This document shows positions 18,898 to 29,267 of a stretch of DNA of 64,000 nucleotides, piece after piece (the stretch's first letter is position 1; each line of letters begins with the position of its first letter). The DNA comes from a virus: positions 32,001 through 96,000 of the IMG/VR virus record IMGVR_UViG_3300043446_004967. One strand, written 5' to 3'. The notes beneath the pieces are model-generated. The model did not search any database. It was given only the letters and a program-made list of their open reading frames with translations, and had not been told where the DNA came from. The position numbers and the translations under genes are program-made.

Positions 18898-19434
18898 TTA
18901 ATCCGTTTGCGTTACAATGTCCAGAATCTTTAACACTTGGGCTTGCGTTAATTTCCGCAATTCTAATGCACATCCAGTGTCCGGCGTGCCGGCGTATCCT
19001 TTAATAGTAATCTCCCTATCCTTACCCCCACGGGCGATAAATTCCCTCCCGACGGCCTCTAGGCCATACCGTGAGGCAATATCTGCCGCTATTGTGCGGA
19101 GGTATTCCGCCCTCTTTTGCTCTTCCTCATTTTTCTTTTTGGCGGCAATAAATGCCTCCGTGTATCCGTCTAATAGACGGCGTTTTAACTCCCGGGCAAT
19201 TTGTGCCGAGGGTTTTGTTGAAGATATATTTATACTCTTATTATCTCTTAGTATATGTGAAATCGTAGACTCAAATATTATATGTCGCCCTCTGTCGCAC
19301 GCTTCAACAATCGCGCCCTCCGCGTTCTTTATATAAAAAAGATACGCGCTCTTTGTATTTTTTTCATCTATCTCCCATCCGTCGGGAGACAATCGGTTTA
19401 AGTCTTCACATACTGATCGCAACAAAGCTCTCAT
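18898..19434 (-). CDS. Early phage protein (paralog of 20599..21264)
   Basis: KSINISSTKPSAQIARELKRRLL; own promoter cassette. Confidence 0.7.
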   Translation of the reverse strand: MRALLRSVCEDLNRLSPDGWEIDEKNTKSAYLFYIKNAEGAIVEACDRGRHIIFESTISHILRDNKSINISSTKPSAQIARELKRRLLDGYTEAFIAAKKKNEEEQKRAEYLRTIAADIASRYGLEAVGREFIARGGKDREITIKGYAGTPDTGCALELRKLTQAQVLKILDIVTQTD

Positions 19435-19535
19435 TGTCTTATCCCCTTTTTTTTCTGATACCTCGAATATATTCCCTTTTTCGTCTCTTGTCAAGAGACA
19501 AAAATGGGGAATCTTGCAAAAAATTGCAGGAGTAA
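19432..19535 (-). promoter_or_regulatory. Repeated promoter+RBS cassette
   Basis: ~100 bp near-identical to 20177-20280; core also at ~21295-21330, ~22355-22420, ~22975-23015. Confidence 0.85.
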
Positions 19536-19621
19536 ACTACTACAATAGGCTATAATAGGGCACAAATTACTATACTATCCATACACATGCTAAAAGAAAA
19601 GGCGCGTTAAGCGCCTTTCCC

Positions 19622-20179
19622 TTAATCCCGGAAAATCATCTCGTATCCGGGCGTTGGCTCGTTAGCTTCCTCTACCAAGCTAAACCCGTTATCAAACACG
19701 GCCCGAAACACTGGTTTATAAGCTATTCCCGGGTAATAACTGACGTACCCTGTATGTTCTACCCGAATGACGTGCAGAAAAGTGTTACCTTTTTTGTCAA
19801 AGATTTTATCCCCCACGCGAAAGCGTGGTTGCATCCGCTCAAGTAATAACATACTCCGGGCTAACGCGTGAAATTTTGTCCCTGTTTGTACAATACGTGC
19901 GTCTCGCTCGCTGCATTTAAGTACATGTTGCTGTATCTCGTAAACAGCGCGTTGACACTCTCCCACAGTAGCGGAAGCTACTTTAGCCATTTTCCCTATG
20001 ACAGGCTCGAAGGCGATAGCGATAAACCTATCAACGCGCCACCAAAGGCGCTTTGCTTCTTCGTATTCTTCCGCATGGGTATCTTCCGTGCGAAAAAGAT
20101 GCTCCATCATTAATAATCCTTCCAAAAAAGGAGAAAGTGTCTGAAGCTCTCGTTTTATTTTTTCTCTATTGTTAGTCAT
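19622..20179 (-). CDS. Early phage protein
   Basis: Promoter cassette upstream, terminator hairpin at ~19598-19619. Confidence 0.7.
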   Translation of the reverse strand: MTNNREKIKRELQTLSPFLEGLLMMEHLFRTEDTHAEEYEEAKRLWWRVDRFIAIAFEPVIGKMAKVASATVGECQRAVYEIQQHVLKCSERDARIVQTGTKFHALARSMLLLERMQPRFRVGDKIFDKKGNTFLHVIRVEHTGYVSYYPGIAYKPVFRAVFDNGFSLVEEANEPTPGYEMIFRD

Positions 20180-20598
20180 TGTCTTATCTCCTTTTTCTTT
20201 CGATACCCCGAATATATTCCCTATTTCGTCTCTTGTCAAGGGACAAAATAGGGAATCTTGCAAAAAATTGCAGGAGTAAATTACTACAAAGCACTACACT
20301 ATACCGCCCGCCAACCACGTTAAATTTACTATACTATTCGTCACTTACGTTACTAGCCGACACTATGGCTATGTATAATTTACTATACTATCCTGCCGAT
20401 TACTATACAAAAATCTACTATAAAGTAACTCAATAAACCGCCTACTATTTACTATCTACTATTCCCGTTTACTATTTACTATCTACTATTTGCTAGCTAA
20501 ACCTACTATACTATTAGCCAAGCCGAAAAGAGCCAAGGAAGGCCAAGGAGCGCGTCCCCTAGCCTTCCGCTACCCGTGTAGCCTGTAGCCCCTGCGGG

Positions 20599-21264
20599 CT
20601 ACGCTACGAGCCTAATATTGGCCTTAGCGGCGGCTTCCAACCTGCCCGCTCGTAAAAATTGTAACACTGCCGTCGATTCCTCAACAGTTAAGTCTGTTAG
20701 GGTTAAACTCACCTCCGCAGGGGAATCCTTATCCGCGTTAACCTCAATAGTTGCAGGTACTCCCGGGATAAAAGCCCTGCGTTCCGGGGAAGGCTTGTAC
20801 CGGCAGTCCACCGCATAAGTATGAATCTTTTTCGTATAGCTATTTACGGGGTTCCCCGTTAGCGCGGTAAACTTGGCGTAAGCCTCGTTCACAACTTGCT
20901 CCCGCCGCGCGTTAGCGTCGCAGCTGGCTTTAGCTTGTTTAAACCAAGCTAAATATTCCGGTAATAACCGGCGGGAAATTTCCGACGCTACCGCCTTAGC
21001 GTCGCGATCATACCCCACGTTAATGCTTTTCGTAGGGTTGCCACCCAAATAATCTTTTGGGACACATCCGGATATCCGCCAAGGCTTCCCGAAGCGGTAT
21101 GAAATAAATAGTTCCGCCCCTTCGGGACTAATCAACGTCCCCCGTAAAAGCCAGTCCACAAACGGCGTTTCACCCGGCCTCCAGCCGGACCCCAAAGCGT
21201 TGCAAACATTCTGTAATTTTGTTTTAAACTCGCAAAACGTCTCTGCGTCGAAAGAGTCTTTCAT
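20599..21264 (-). CDS. Early phage protein (paralog of 18898..19434)
   Basis: KSINVGYDRDAKAVASEISRRLL; AAGGAG RBS. Confidence 0.7.
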   Translation of the reverse strand: MKDSFDAETFCEFKTKLQNVCNALGSGWRPGETPFVDWLLRGTLISPEGAELFISYRFGKPWRISGCVPKDYLGGNPTKSINVGYDRDAKAVASEISRRLLPEYLAWFKQAKASCDANARREQVVNEAYAKFTALTGNPVNSYTKKIHTYAVDCRYKPSPERRAFIPGVPATIEVNADKDSPAEVSLTLTDLTVEESTAVLQFLRAGRLEAAAKANIRLVA

Positions 21265-21338
21265 GCCGGTCTCTCCTTTGTTTGTCTGGTAATCCGAATA
21301 TATCCCTTTTAGTGTCTCTTGTCAAGGGACACTTTGCC

Positions 21339-21818
21339 CTATTTATACCAATAATACCCGCAGTCTACGTCCGCGTCCACGACATCAGGTGCTCCCTCCG
21401 CTCCGGCGGCTTTTGCCGTCAATAGCTCATTCGCAAGGCGCACCAATTCAGCGCGGTGACTCGCCGCCTCTGCGTGTGCCCCCCACCATAGACCTAACTT
21501 CTCCAGTTCTGCGGGCAGAACGGCCACGTAAGGGCGGATAAGCTGGAAGAACATCCAACTAAGGGTGCCACGCGCATCGCCTACGGCGCGGCTAAATGCT
21601 ACTTCAAAAGCCCACGAGATTGTCGGCATCCCAAAGCTTTTTACGTAAAAACGGTCTAAGACCCCCTCAAGCAGGGGCAGGCACGCCTTAACCATTTGGG
21701 CTATGCCGTACTCTTTCTTTACGGCAGGCGGTAAGATTCGCATTGCCAATATGCAGTGCGCGTGCAGAATAGCGCAATTCCGCGCCATATCATGGAAATT
21801 GTCCCGAAAATCCGTCAT
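21339..21818 (-). CDS. Hypothetical protein
   Basis: ORF with TGTGACAATACT upstream. Confidence 0.55.
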   Translation of the reverse strand: MTDFRDNFHDMARNCAILHAHCILAMRILPPAVKKEYGIAQMVKACLPLLEGVLDRFYVKSFGMPTISWAFEVAFSRAVGDARGTLSWMFFQLIRPYVAVLPAELEKLGLWWGAHAEAASHRAELVRLANELLTAKAAGAEGAPDVVDADVDCGYYWYK

Positions 21819-21904
21819 AAAATAACTTACCCTTTTATTAGTATTGTCACAAAGGTTCCCCCCGGAAAAATAATTTTCGAGGGAATCAAGTTAGTTTCCC
21901 GCAA

Positions 21905-22357
21905 TTATTTGCAGTAAGCGGGGAGCCGCCCGTTAATCGGGCGATACGCGTGAATTAGTTGATAAAAGAAGTCATCTTCCGCGAGGTCGAAAACCCCCCG
22001 CAGATGAGACGGGGTTTGCGCCGGATAAGGCGCGTCGTTAATTAACCGCGCCGAACGATACGGCCTAACCTTTCTACGCCCCGCCACCGGCACGAGGCCG
22101 ATACGTACAGCTTCGCCGGTGAGGCTGACGCCATACCCGGCCGCCCGAATAACCTCCGCCTCCCTGCGGAAAATTTCCCGCACGATACGCGCGGGCCTTA
22201 GGGCAGGAGAACGCCCCGTTAACTCAAGATAGATACTTCCCCATACGGGGAGGCGAGCCTCCACCGCCGAAAGTCTAAAGGTGCGCTGCCGATTCAAGCA
22301 GCGCAGATATTCCCAATAGGATTTCTCCTTCTTTTCATTATCAGATGATAAAGACAT
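21905..22357 (-). CDS. Early phage protein
   Basis: GGGAG RBS within a promoter cassette. Confidence 0.6.
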   Translation of the reverse strand: MSLSSDNEKKEKSYWEYLRCLNRQRTFRLSAVEARLPVWGSIYLELTGRSPALRPARIVREIFRREAEVIRAAGYGVSLTGEAVRIGLVPVAGRRKVRPYRSARLINDAPYPAQTPSHLRGVFDLAEDDFFYQLIHAYRPINGRLPAYCK

Positions 22358-22543
22358 TTTATCTCCCTTTTTTCTGATAACCCGAATATATTCCCTTTTT
22401 CGTCTCTTGTCAAGAGACAATTAGCCTACCGGAACCAGTAGGCGAGACTACCCTCTTTCTTACGTAAGGTTGTTACAGACGTCCCCCCCCCCGGAAAAAT
22501 AATTTTCGAGGGAATAAGGTGCGCGCTGCAATTATTGCAGAGC

Positions 22544-22939
22544 TTACCCAATATACTCCCACCCCAGCCAAAAATGGGCGCAGTCATCCGCTAGCGGACT
22601 CTCGGAATAATTCAACTTGATTCCGCACGCCTTAAACAGCGCCCGACGTCGGGCGTGCAAGGTGTAGTGTGACTCCGGGTATATGATCACAATGTCATGA
22701 TATGCCGGGGCGCAGTCGTCACGGTGGCACTGCGCCACCTTTGCCGTTAAGTGAAAAATAGTTACAGGGGCCTCCTGTAACGAGTCCGTGAAGTCAAATT
22801 TGACTTCAATCCTAGGGACCAGCGAACCCGCTTGGCCCACGCTGCCGAAAGAGAGCGTGGCCGCACGCCCCCCAAAAACGGGAGTTAGGCGAAGATGCTC
22901 CTCGCCAAAAATAAACCGCCCTGCGTCGATCCCCGGCAT
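22544..22939 (-). CDS. Early phage protein
   Basis: AGGT RBS after a promoter cassette. Confidence 0.55.
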   Translation of the reverse strand: MPGIDAGRFIFGEEHLRLTPVFGGRAATLSFGSVGQAGSLVPRIEVKFDFTDSLQEAPVTIFHLTAKVAQCHRDDCAPAYHDIVIIYPESHYTLHARRRALFKACGIKLNYSESPLADDCAHFWLGWEYIG

Positions 22940-23019
22940 ATTGTACCTACCTGCTAATGTTTGTTTGTCTGGTAACCCGAATCTACCTTTTATCGTGTCT
23001 CCCGTCAAGAGACAAAATA

Positions 23020-24560
23020 AAAAACCCTCAAAAAAAATGCGGGCGAAGAAACGCGAAGGGTATACTCATAGTAAGTCAGTGATAGTTGGACCCCGGAAAA
23101 ATAATTTCCGCCGAAACGGCCGCCCCCGGATAAATAATTTCTACTATACTATCGTACAATACCACGTAATAAAATACCCGCCGACCCGCCGCAAGTTCTT
23201 GCAATATAACCTGCTATAAGACACCTTCGCATCCCGCAATGTAATTTACTATACTACCCCATAATGGGCGACAACCGCCCCTAACCCGATTTACTATCTA
23301 CTATCCGTAAAACCAATTTACTATCTACTATTTGAAAATCCCGTCTACTATTTGGAAATAAAATACCGTCTACTATCACGCAATCCAATTTACTATCTAC
23401 TATTTGGGGCCGCAAATTCTTGCAGAAAATAGGGAAAAAGGGCTGCAATAACTTGCAAAAAATGCTTAGATAAAGGCCCGGCTAAGGTAAGATTGGCCTT
23501 TCTGCAAGAAATTGCAGGCACAAAAAAGGGCAAAAAAAGGGGCAAAACAGAGCTGCAATAACTTGCAAAAAATAGGAAAAGCGGGCAAGATGAGGCTCTG
23601 CAAATTCTTGCAGGACCGCAAAACAAGGCAAAAAGGGCCGCAATTTCTTGCAGAAAAGGGCCGCAATAACTTGCAAAAAATACCCAAAACAGCCCTTTTG
23701 ATGACCTTCTCCCCGATAGGAGAATCCGCTAAACCCCCTTTTGATGACCTCCGCTCCGATAGGCGAAAACGCCCCGGTACCCCCAAAACAGGCGAAAACA
23801 GGCCCAAAAGTGCCAAAACTAGGGCAGATTGAGCGAATCTGCTATGGTTTTGGGTCGGATTTGGGTCGAATTTACCCCCGATTTACCCCGAATATTCCGT
23901 CTAAAGATAACTTCTCTCTTAGTAGGTATCTTGGGTATCTTGGTTGTAGTTGGACCCCGGAAAAATAATTTTCGTTTTGTTGGCCCGGAAAAATTGCCGT
24001 TTATTGCCGTTTATTGCCGTTTATTGCATGTTATTGCAAGAACGCGCAGGGGATCCAAAAGGGATTGAGAAGGTATTGAGGGAGAGGGGTATAGGTAACG
24101 TAGGGTATCTAGGGGAAGTGTGGCCCCGGAAAAATAATTTCGTAAAAGAACCCCGCAATAATATGCAGTAGTAGGTAATAACGTGAAGTACGGGAGGAGG
24201 TAACGGACGGGTATAGGTAGGGGAAGTGTGGCCCCGGAAAAATTAAACGCAAAATATTGCGGATACAAAAAAGCCCCGACACCGATCGACGATACCGAGG
24301 CTTTCAAAATAACGGGAACCCGGCCCCCCTACCTCCCCTTAGGAAACGGAGGAAATTGCAAATCATGCAGACGCGACACTTTCGCGTCAACCCGCCTTAT
24401 CGCCCAAAAAAGCATTAACCAATTTAGAAAATTTAATAAATCGGCGTAATGGGTAAAGAACGCCGCTACGTCTTTTAATAAATCAGCCATGCTTTACAAG
24501 CCCTCAAAGTAAAAATGTAAAATATACACAGTAATGCTAATCAGCATTACCAAAATAACC
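23020..24560. repeat. Non-coding, repeat-rich region
   Basis: Repeats of CCGGAAAAATAATTT, TTTACTATCTACTAT, GCAATAACTTGCAAAAA x3 and TTGCCGTTTA; no credible ORF. Confidence 0.7.
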
Positions 24561-24585
24561 CCTGCCTCCGGAGTCATTAAAAACA

Positions 24586-24870
24586 TTATAACAGCATCCC
24601 CCAAAAAAAGTCAAAGGCCACATGCCTTCGGTACATCGGACCCTTCTTTACCTCCGCCGTACCCTTGAAAAACGTGAGAAGCGGCGCCGCTTTGGTATCC
24701 TCCCCTAAATAAACCCGAGTCTCCGAGGACTCATCCATAATCGCCGCGACCCGTGTAAAATAGGGCACCGCCTCAGACACAAATGAGCCGCGCCTAAACA
24801 CAACGCCCGTATCATGAGCCTGTCCGTTACGGTCGTAGGTGCGCCACAGGTAAGAAATATACTCTCTCAT
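24586..24870 (-). CDS. Hypothetical protein
   Basis: ORF with RBS. Confidence 0.5.
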   Translation of the reverse strand: MREYISYLWRTYDRNGQAHDTGVVFRRGSFVSEAVPYFTRVAAIMDESSETRVYLGEDTKAAPLLTFFKGTAEVKKGPMYRRHVAFDFFWGMLL

Positions 24871-25327
24871 ATACCCGCCTTAGTCCCCAGAAGACGTTAT
24901 CACTAACGCGCCTAATACCAAAAACGGCACAAAAACAATCAAAATCTTTACCGTTTCCATAAAAAGCTACCCCTTCCATAAAATTTTAATAAACACACAT
25001 AGGAAACCTAAGAAAGGCAGCATTCTAACCTCTTTTATTGTTAAAAGATTAATTAAAAGACTAGGCAACCTCAGAGCACGTACCACACTGGCATAGGCCC
25101 TGCCCGTCAAAACGGAACTGGGCGAAACGCCCGCCTCTACACGGGCGCCCGCTGAGGTATACAGCACGGCAGCCTCTTTTTCGTCGGCTAATACCCCAAA
25201 ACTACACCTTTTAGTGTCGCTTGTCGAGGGACAAAACAACGCACCCCTAAAAGAAACTGTGGTCAATCTGCTACGGTTTTTTGCCGCGAGGGGTAGCGGC
25301 CACACACATACCCGCCAAGGTGGCCGC

Positions 25328-25735
25328 TCATTTTCGCGCAATTTCTGAGGACAAGGGGTTAACTGCAACCCCTTGTCGGAGCACTTCGTAGTGAAGATGA
25401 GGCCCCGTGGAATATCCCGTAGACCCTACGTAACCAATTATCGCCCCTCGCGTCACGGACGCCCCCGGCCTAACGCCATCAGCAAAACGGGATAAGTGCG
25501 CGTAACGAGTAGCTAAGCCCGCAGCGTGACGTAGCGTAACCATATTCCCGTAGCCGCCACGCCTTCCCGCAGACTTTACCACGCCGTCCCCCGTCGCATA
25601 TACGGGCGTCCCCAAAGGGGCGGCAAAATCCACGCCCTTATGCATACGAGAGCACTTAGCAATAGGATGACGCCGGCGTCCGAATCGAGAAGTAATCCGG
25701 GCGTGTTTAATAGGCAGCCCCAACGAAGGGCACAC
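25328..25735 (-). CDS. M23 family peptidoglycan endopeptidase domain
   Basis: HKGVDFAAPLGTPV, YAHL, STGPHLHYEV; probably the -1 frame continuation of 25747..26370. Confidence 0.9.
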   Translation of the reverse strand: MCPSLGLPIKHARITSRFGRRRHPIAKCSRMHKGVDFAAPLGTPVYATGDGVVKSAGRRGGYGNMVTLRHAAGLATRYAHLSRFADGVRPGASVTRGAIIGYVGSTGYSTGPHLHYEVLRQGVAVNPLSSEIARK

Positions 25736-25746
25736 GGCGCCCCCGG

Positions 25747-26370
25747 CTACGAGGCAGGCTTTTTTCCGGAAGGCTCTCCCTCTTTAGAAGGAAGGCCGTC
25801 GCCCCCAAAAAACCGATCAAGCAGACCCACGTCTGACTTAGGGGGAAGCTGTTCCCCCTCGTCCCCGGCTGGCGTATCGCCGTTGTACCTTGGGCCCGGC
25901 AAAACTCCGTCGGGGCCTGACCCCGAAGACGGCGCAATGACTTTCGTCTGCCCCTCCCCGTCGTGCTGGTCAACGAAGTCCCCCAAAGAGGACTCCTTCT
26001 CCGGGGCATACGCGACTTCCGCCCGAGCCGTTTGCCCCGAAGCAAGAAAAGACCTGCGAGCCGGGTAATAAGCATACTCGTTACCGCCCTTAACAAAAGC
26101 GACCCTCGCTCCCTTACCGTGAATCTCCGAAGCAAACCCTATTAATGCCCCCGGCCCCCCTTCCAAAATGTGCCGCTGGTAAACGGACTCGCATCCGTCA
26201 ATGATTTTATCCTCAGTGTACGTATAGTCGCATACGTAGCGGGTAGCTCTTTGCGCCTCCGCCAAAGACGCCTCCAACCCTTTCAGCTGCGAGCGGGCGC
26301 TTAGTCTTCCGCTTACCGCTCCAACGACAACCGCAACTACGGCGACCGCCCCAAACAATTTTTTTGTCAT
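25747..26370 (-). CDS. Signal-anchored N-terminal part of the M23 peptidase
   Basis: MTKKLFGAVAVVAVVVG signal; ends at an A_AAA_AAG slippery site. Confidence 0.7.
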   Translation of the reverse strand: MTKKLFGAVAVVAVVVGAVSGRLSARSQLKGLEASLAEAQRATRYVCDYTYTEDKIIDGCESVYQRHILEGGPGALIGFASEIHGKGARVAFVKGGNEYAYYPARRSFLASGQTARAEVAYAPEKESSLGDFVDQHDGEGQTKVIAPSSGSGPDGVLPGPRYNGDTPAGDEGEQLPPKSDVGLLDRFFGGDGLPSKEGEPSGKKPAS

Positions 26371-26416
26371 AATTTTTTAGTCTCCTTATTTTATAAATTG
26401 CCCCCGGACAAGCCGT

Positions 26417-26749
26417 CTAAGGACGCAAAGGAGCAAGCAAAACGCTCGGACGAGATGCCCGCGCGGAGGGGTTCCCCTCATCGTCATCGTCATCGCCATC
26501 TTCATGGCTGTCCCGCTCCGGAGCCGGAAGATACGACACGGGCGCCGCGCGAGGAATAGCCCGAAGATGCGGGCTAAGCGCGTGCTGGAATCCCAGCCCC
26601 AAGGAAAGCAGCGAAACGGCAATTAAGGCCGCCGCCGTTGTAATCCAAACCCCCCCACGCTCAGCGGTCTTCGCCTTGGCCCCGGCGAATAAGGCCGCAA
26701 CACCGGAAATAATAGTAACGCCGAAAGCTAGTAAAATGTAATAGTCCAT
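26417..26749 (-). CDS. Two-TM membrane protein
   Basis: Two hydrophobic helices and an acidic tail. Confidence 0.6.
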   Translation of the reverse strand: MDYYILLAFGVTIISGVAALFAGAKAKTAERGGVWITTAAALIAVSLLSLGLGFQHALSPHLRAIPRAAPVSYLPAPERDSHEDGDDDDDEGNPSARASRPSVLLAPLRP

Positions 26750-26853
26750 ATTATGTAGGCCCCTTCTTCTTTACTGATTTTCATTTTATGGGGGGCCTCA
26801 GAACGACCCCCCTAGGCATAGTACCGCAACGAAATTAAAAATGCACGGAGAAA

Positions 26854-27207
26854 TTACCACTCCTCCTTGGGCGCAGGTTCCTGCGTGCGGACCCATGCTA
26901 GTAGGGAACTGACGGCCCCGAAAAAATGAGCGGCCACAGCGTCCCCTTCGCACTTCTGCTGCATAGACGGTAACAAATCTGCAATAACTTGCGCCGCGCT
27001 TCGCGGGATCGGGCATGTAGGAGAGGTCAACACCTCAACACACTCCGCCCCCACGCCTAACGAAGCGAAAGTATGATAAGTAACGAGTAATTCGTGCAAG
27101 GTACACGCCCCCGCATTGACTACGACGGGTAACGCGTCGTTCTCCTCCTCCAGCCCCGCTAAAGCCACGCGCAGCTGCCCTAGGTTAGTAATCGTGCGCC
27201 CCCTCAT
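26854..27207 (-). CDS. Hypothetical protein
   Basis: Coupled to dut. Confidence 0.55.
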   Translation of the reverse strand: MRGRTITNLGQLRVALAGLEEENDALPVVVNAGACTLHELLVTYHTFASLGVGAECVEVLTSPTCPIPRSAAQVIADLLPSMQQKCEGDAVAAHFFGAVSSLLAWVRTQEPAPKEEW

Positions 27208-27209
27208 AA

Positions 27210-27725
27210 CTAAACGACCCCCTCGTCTTCGTAGCGTAAGCCGGTGTTGCTAAGCGTTAAACTCTTTACCGAGGCGCCTGTCTGCCCGGTGGAACCAAAC
27301 CCCCCCGCACCCCGCTTGGTGTCGCCCAGCTCCTCAGCCCACGCTAAGGCGACCTTTTGCACGCGCGCAATAACCATCTGCGCCACCCGTTGCCCCGGCT
27401 CAATTAAGCACGGCTCGTCAGAAAGGTTAATTAATAAAACGCTAATCTCCCCCCGATAGTCGGAATCTACCGTTCCCGGCGCATTGGCGACAGTTACCCC
27501 GAACTTAAGCGCAAGGCCGGAACGAGGGCGAAGCTGTGCCTCATAGCCTTCCGGCAGTTCCAACGCGATTCCGCACGGAATCAACGCGCGGCGCAACGGT
27601 TGAAGGATCAGCGACTCGGGGATAGCGGCGTGCAGGTCCATACCTGCGCTTCCTTCCGTCGCGTAAGCGGGAAGCAGCGCCCCGCCACGCACGTCTTTAA
27701 CTTTAACCCTGAGCATCAGTACCAT
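27210..27725 (-). CDS. dut: Trimeric dUTPase
   Basis: [35 protein letters not shown]. Confidence 0.95.
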   Translation of the reverse strand: MVLMLRVKVKDVRGGALLPAYATEGSAGMDLHAAIPESLILQPLRRALIPCGIALELPEGYEAQLRPRSGLALKFGVTVANAPGTVDSDYRGEISVLLINLSDEPCLIEPGQRVAQMVIARVQKVALAWAEELGDTKRGAGGFGSTGQTGASVKSLTLSNTGLRYEDEGVV

Positions 27726-28110
27726 CTCCTTGGTTATGCACGCGCATGAGGCTCAAGGTCACGCGTGCTGCGGTAAGTCTTAGTTTAATTACGCCTTCCG
27801 ACGTAACGGATATGCCGTCCGCACGAGGTATGGGATACGTTGCTACACGACCTGTCCGCATTTCCTGTAGACGAAAACTCCTCTTTACCCCCCGATACCT
27901 CCCTAATATGCCGGAAAGTCCGTTATCCGACGGCAGCCCCCAAGGAAGTAGCTCGACCTCCGTAGGGACACAGGGGAACCCGGGCGTACCGCACTTAGAC
28001 GGTACCCTCGGACTAAACGGTTCCGCCTGTAGGGTAAGGCGGCAACGAGGGGCCAACTGCAACCACCTCGTTACCTCCGAGGGGTTTTTTAACGGAACAG
28101 CAGCCCCCAT
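27703..28110 (-). CDS. Hypothetical protein
   Basis: ORF in operon orientation. Confidence 0.45.
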   Translation of the reverse strand: MGAAVPLKNPSEVTRWLQLAPRCRLTLQAEPFSPRVPSKCGTPGFPCVPTEVELLPWGLPSDNGLSGILGRYRGVKRSFRLQEMRTGRVATYPIPRADGISVTSEGVIKLRLTAARVTLSLMRVHNQGDGTDAQG

Positions 28111-28215
28111 AAAAGCGCCCCCAAAATAATAATTATTAGGGCGTAAAAAAGCACCTTAGCCAGTGCCCCTAACGCACAGCTAAGCGCCTCTAAAAATTCC
28201 TGCATACTCCTCCGC

Positions 28216-28434
28216 TTATACCAACGGCGGCTGCAACGTCACGAAGTGTTGCGCCACCTTTAAAATATCTTTTTTAGTTTTGGGGCAGGCGGCCCCGGCC
28301 AGCCGCTGGAACTCGCGTTTTTTGCAAGCCCCGCACACAGGCGCGATCACGGCCCCTATCGCCGCCAACAATTCTTGCAGCGTTACAAGGTCATCCTCAT
28401 ACTGCTCCCACTGAAAAACAGGCTTCGCCGACAC
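28216..28434 (-). CDS. Small hypothetical protein
   Basis: ORF in operon orientation. Confidence 0.4.
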   Translation of the reverse strand: MSAKPVFQWEQYEDDLVTLQELLAAIGAVIAPVCGACKKREFQRLAGAACPKTKKDILKVAQHFVTLQPPLV

Positions 28435-28451
28435 CGCACGCCCCCAAAAAA

Positions 28452-28868
28452 TTAAAGGTTAGCCGGAACGTCTAACAGCTCTGCAAGCGTTTGCAGAACC
28501 TTCTTCTCCTCCTCGTTCGGCTCCTCACCGGCGACAACCCACCCGAAAGCATAAATGTCTTGCGCAATGTCCCCGGTGCCCTTCATCGCCACCACTTGAC
28601 GCCGCAGCTCCAACTGGCCTTGTACATCCCCCACAAGGGACATGGCCTCGTTAAACGCCCCCCTAATCTCCTTCTCTTCAAAATAATTTCCGATTTTTTT
28701 GTGTCTTAGCAGTAACGCCAAGGTTACTTCACGCTCTGCGGGCTCCGCCTTCTTGTCTGCGTAAGCAACTAAGGCACACGCAGCAGCGGCCGCTGACAAC
28801 ACCTTCTGACGCTCAACGCCTTCACCCGTAAACTTAGCGAACGTCTTACCAAAATTAAACAATCCCAT
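28452..28868 (-). CDS. TerB-like protein
   Basis: AACALVAYAD..EPAER ... EEEKKVLQTLAELL pattern. Confidence 0.75.
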   Translation of the reverse strand: MGLFNFGKTFAKFTGEGVERQKVLSAAAAACALVAYADKKAEPAEREVTLALLLRHKKIGNYFEEKEIRGAFNEAMSLVGDVQGQLELRRQVVAMKGTGDIAQDIYAFGWVVAGEEPNEEEKKVLQTLAELLDVPANL

Positions 28869-29267
28869 AGTAAACCCCTTTATAGCTTAAATTTTTTGTT
28901 AGAATTATCCCCCGCCGTAACCTCAGTCGTCCGGACGGCGGAGCTTATCCCACCAGCGAACTATTTTTACCGTACACCAGACTAACAAAACTATGCCGCC
29001 CAGCGCGAGGCCCGCGACAATCTTATTACCAGACACAAATACGTCCATTTTTTCCTCTTTTTATACAAATTCCTTAGACTCTTAGACGGTTCTAGCCCGC
29101 TTACGTGATTAGCGCAAGCGGAATCGCTCAGGGCCGATCGTTCCACAAAAACAACGCCAAAAGTGCAATACCGCAAACTAACACAACGGGGCCGTCCCCC
29201 GCCGCTCTTATCTCGTGAAACAGCGCGCCCGCAAGATGATAGAGGAGAATAAGGCCGCTGACTATAA

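Noticed and set aside
23393-24449. Several short ORFs in the repeat zone
   Set aside because: Low-complexity translations of DNA repeats, without RBS
24967-25368. ORF, and a possible second frameshift at A6 (~25277)
   Set aside because: The region contains a degenerate copy of the early promoter (~25195-25235), so it is probably partly non-coding; no canonical slippery heptamer
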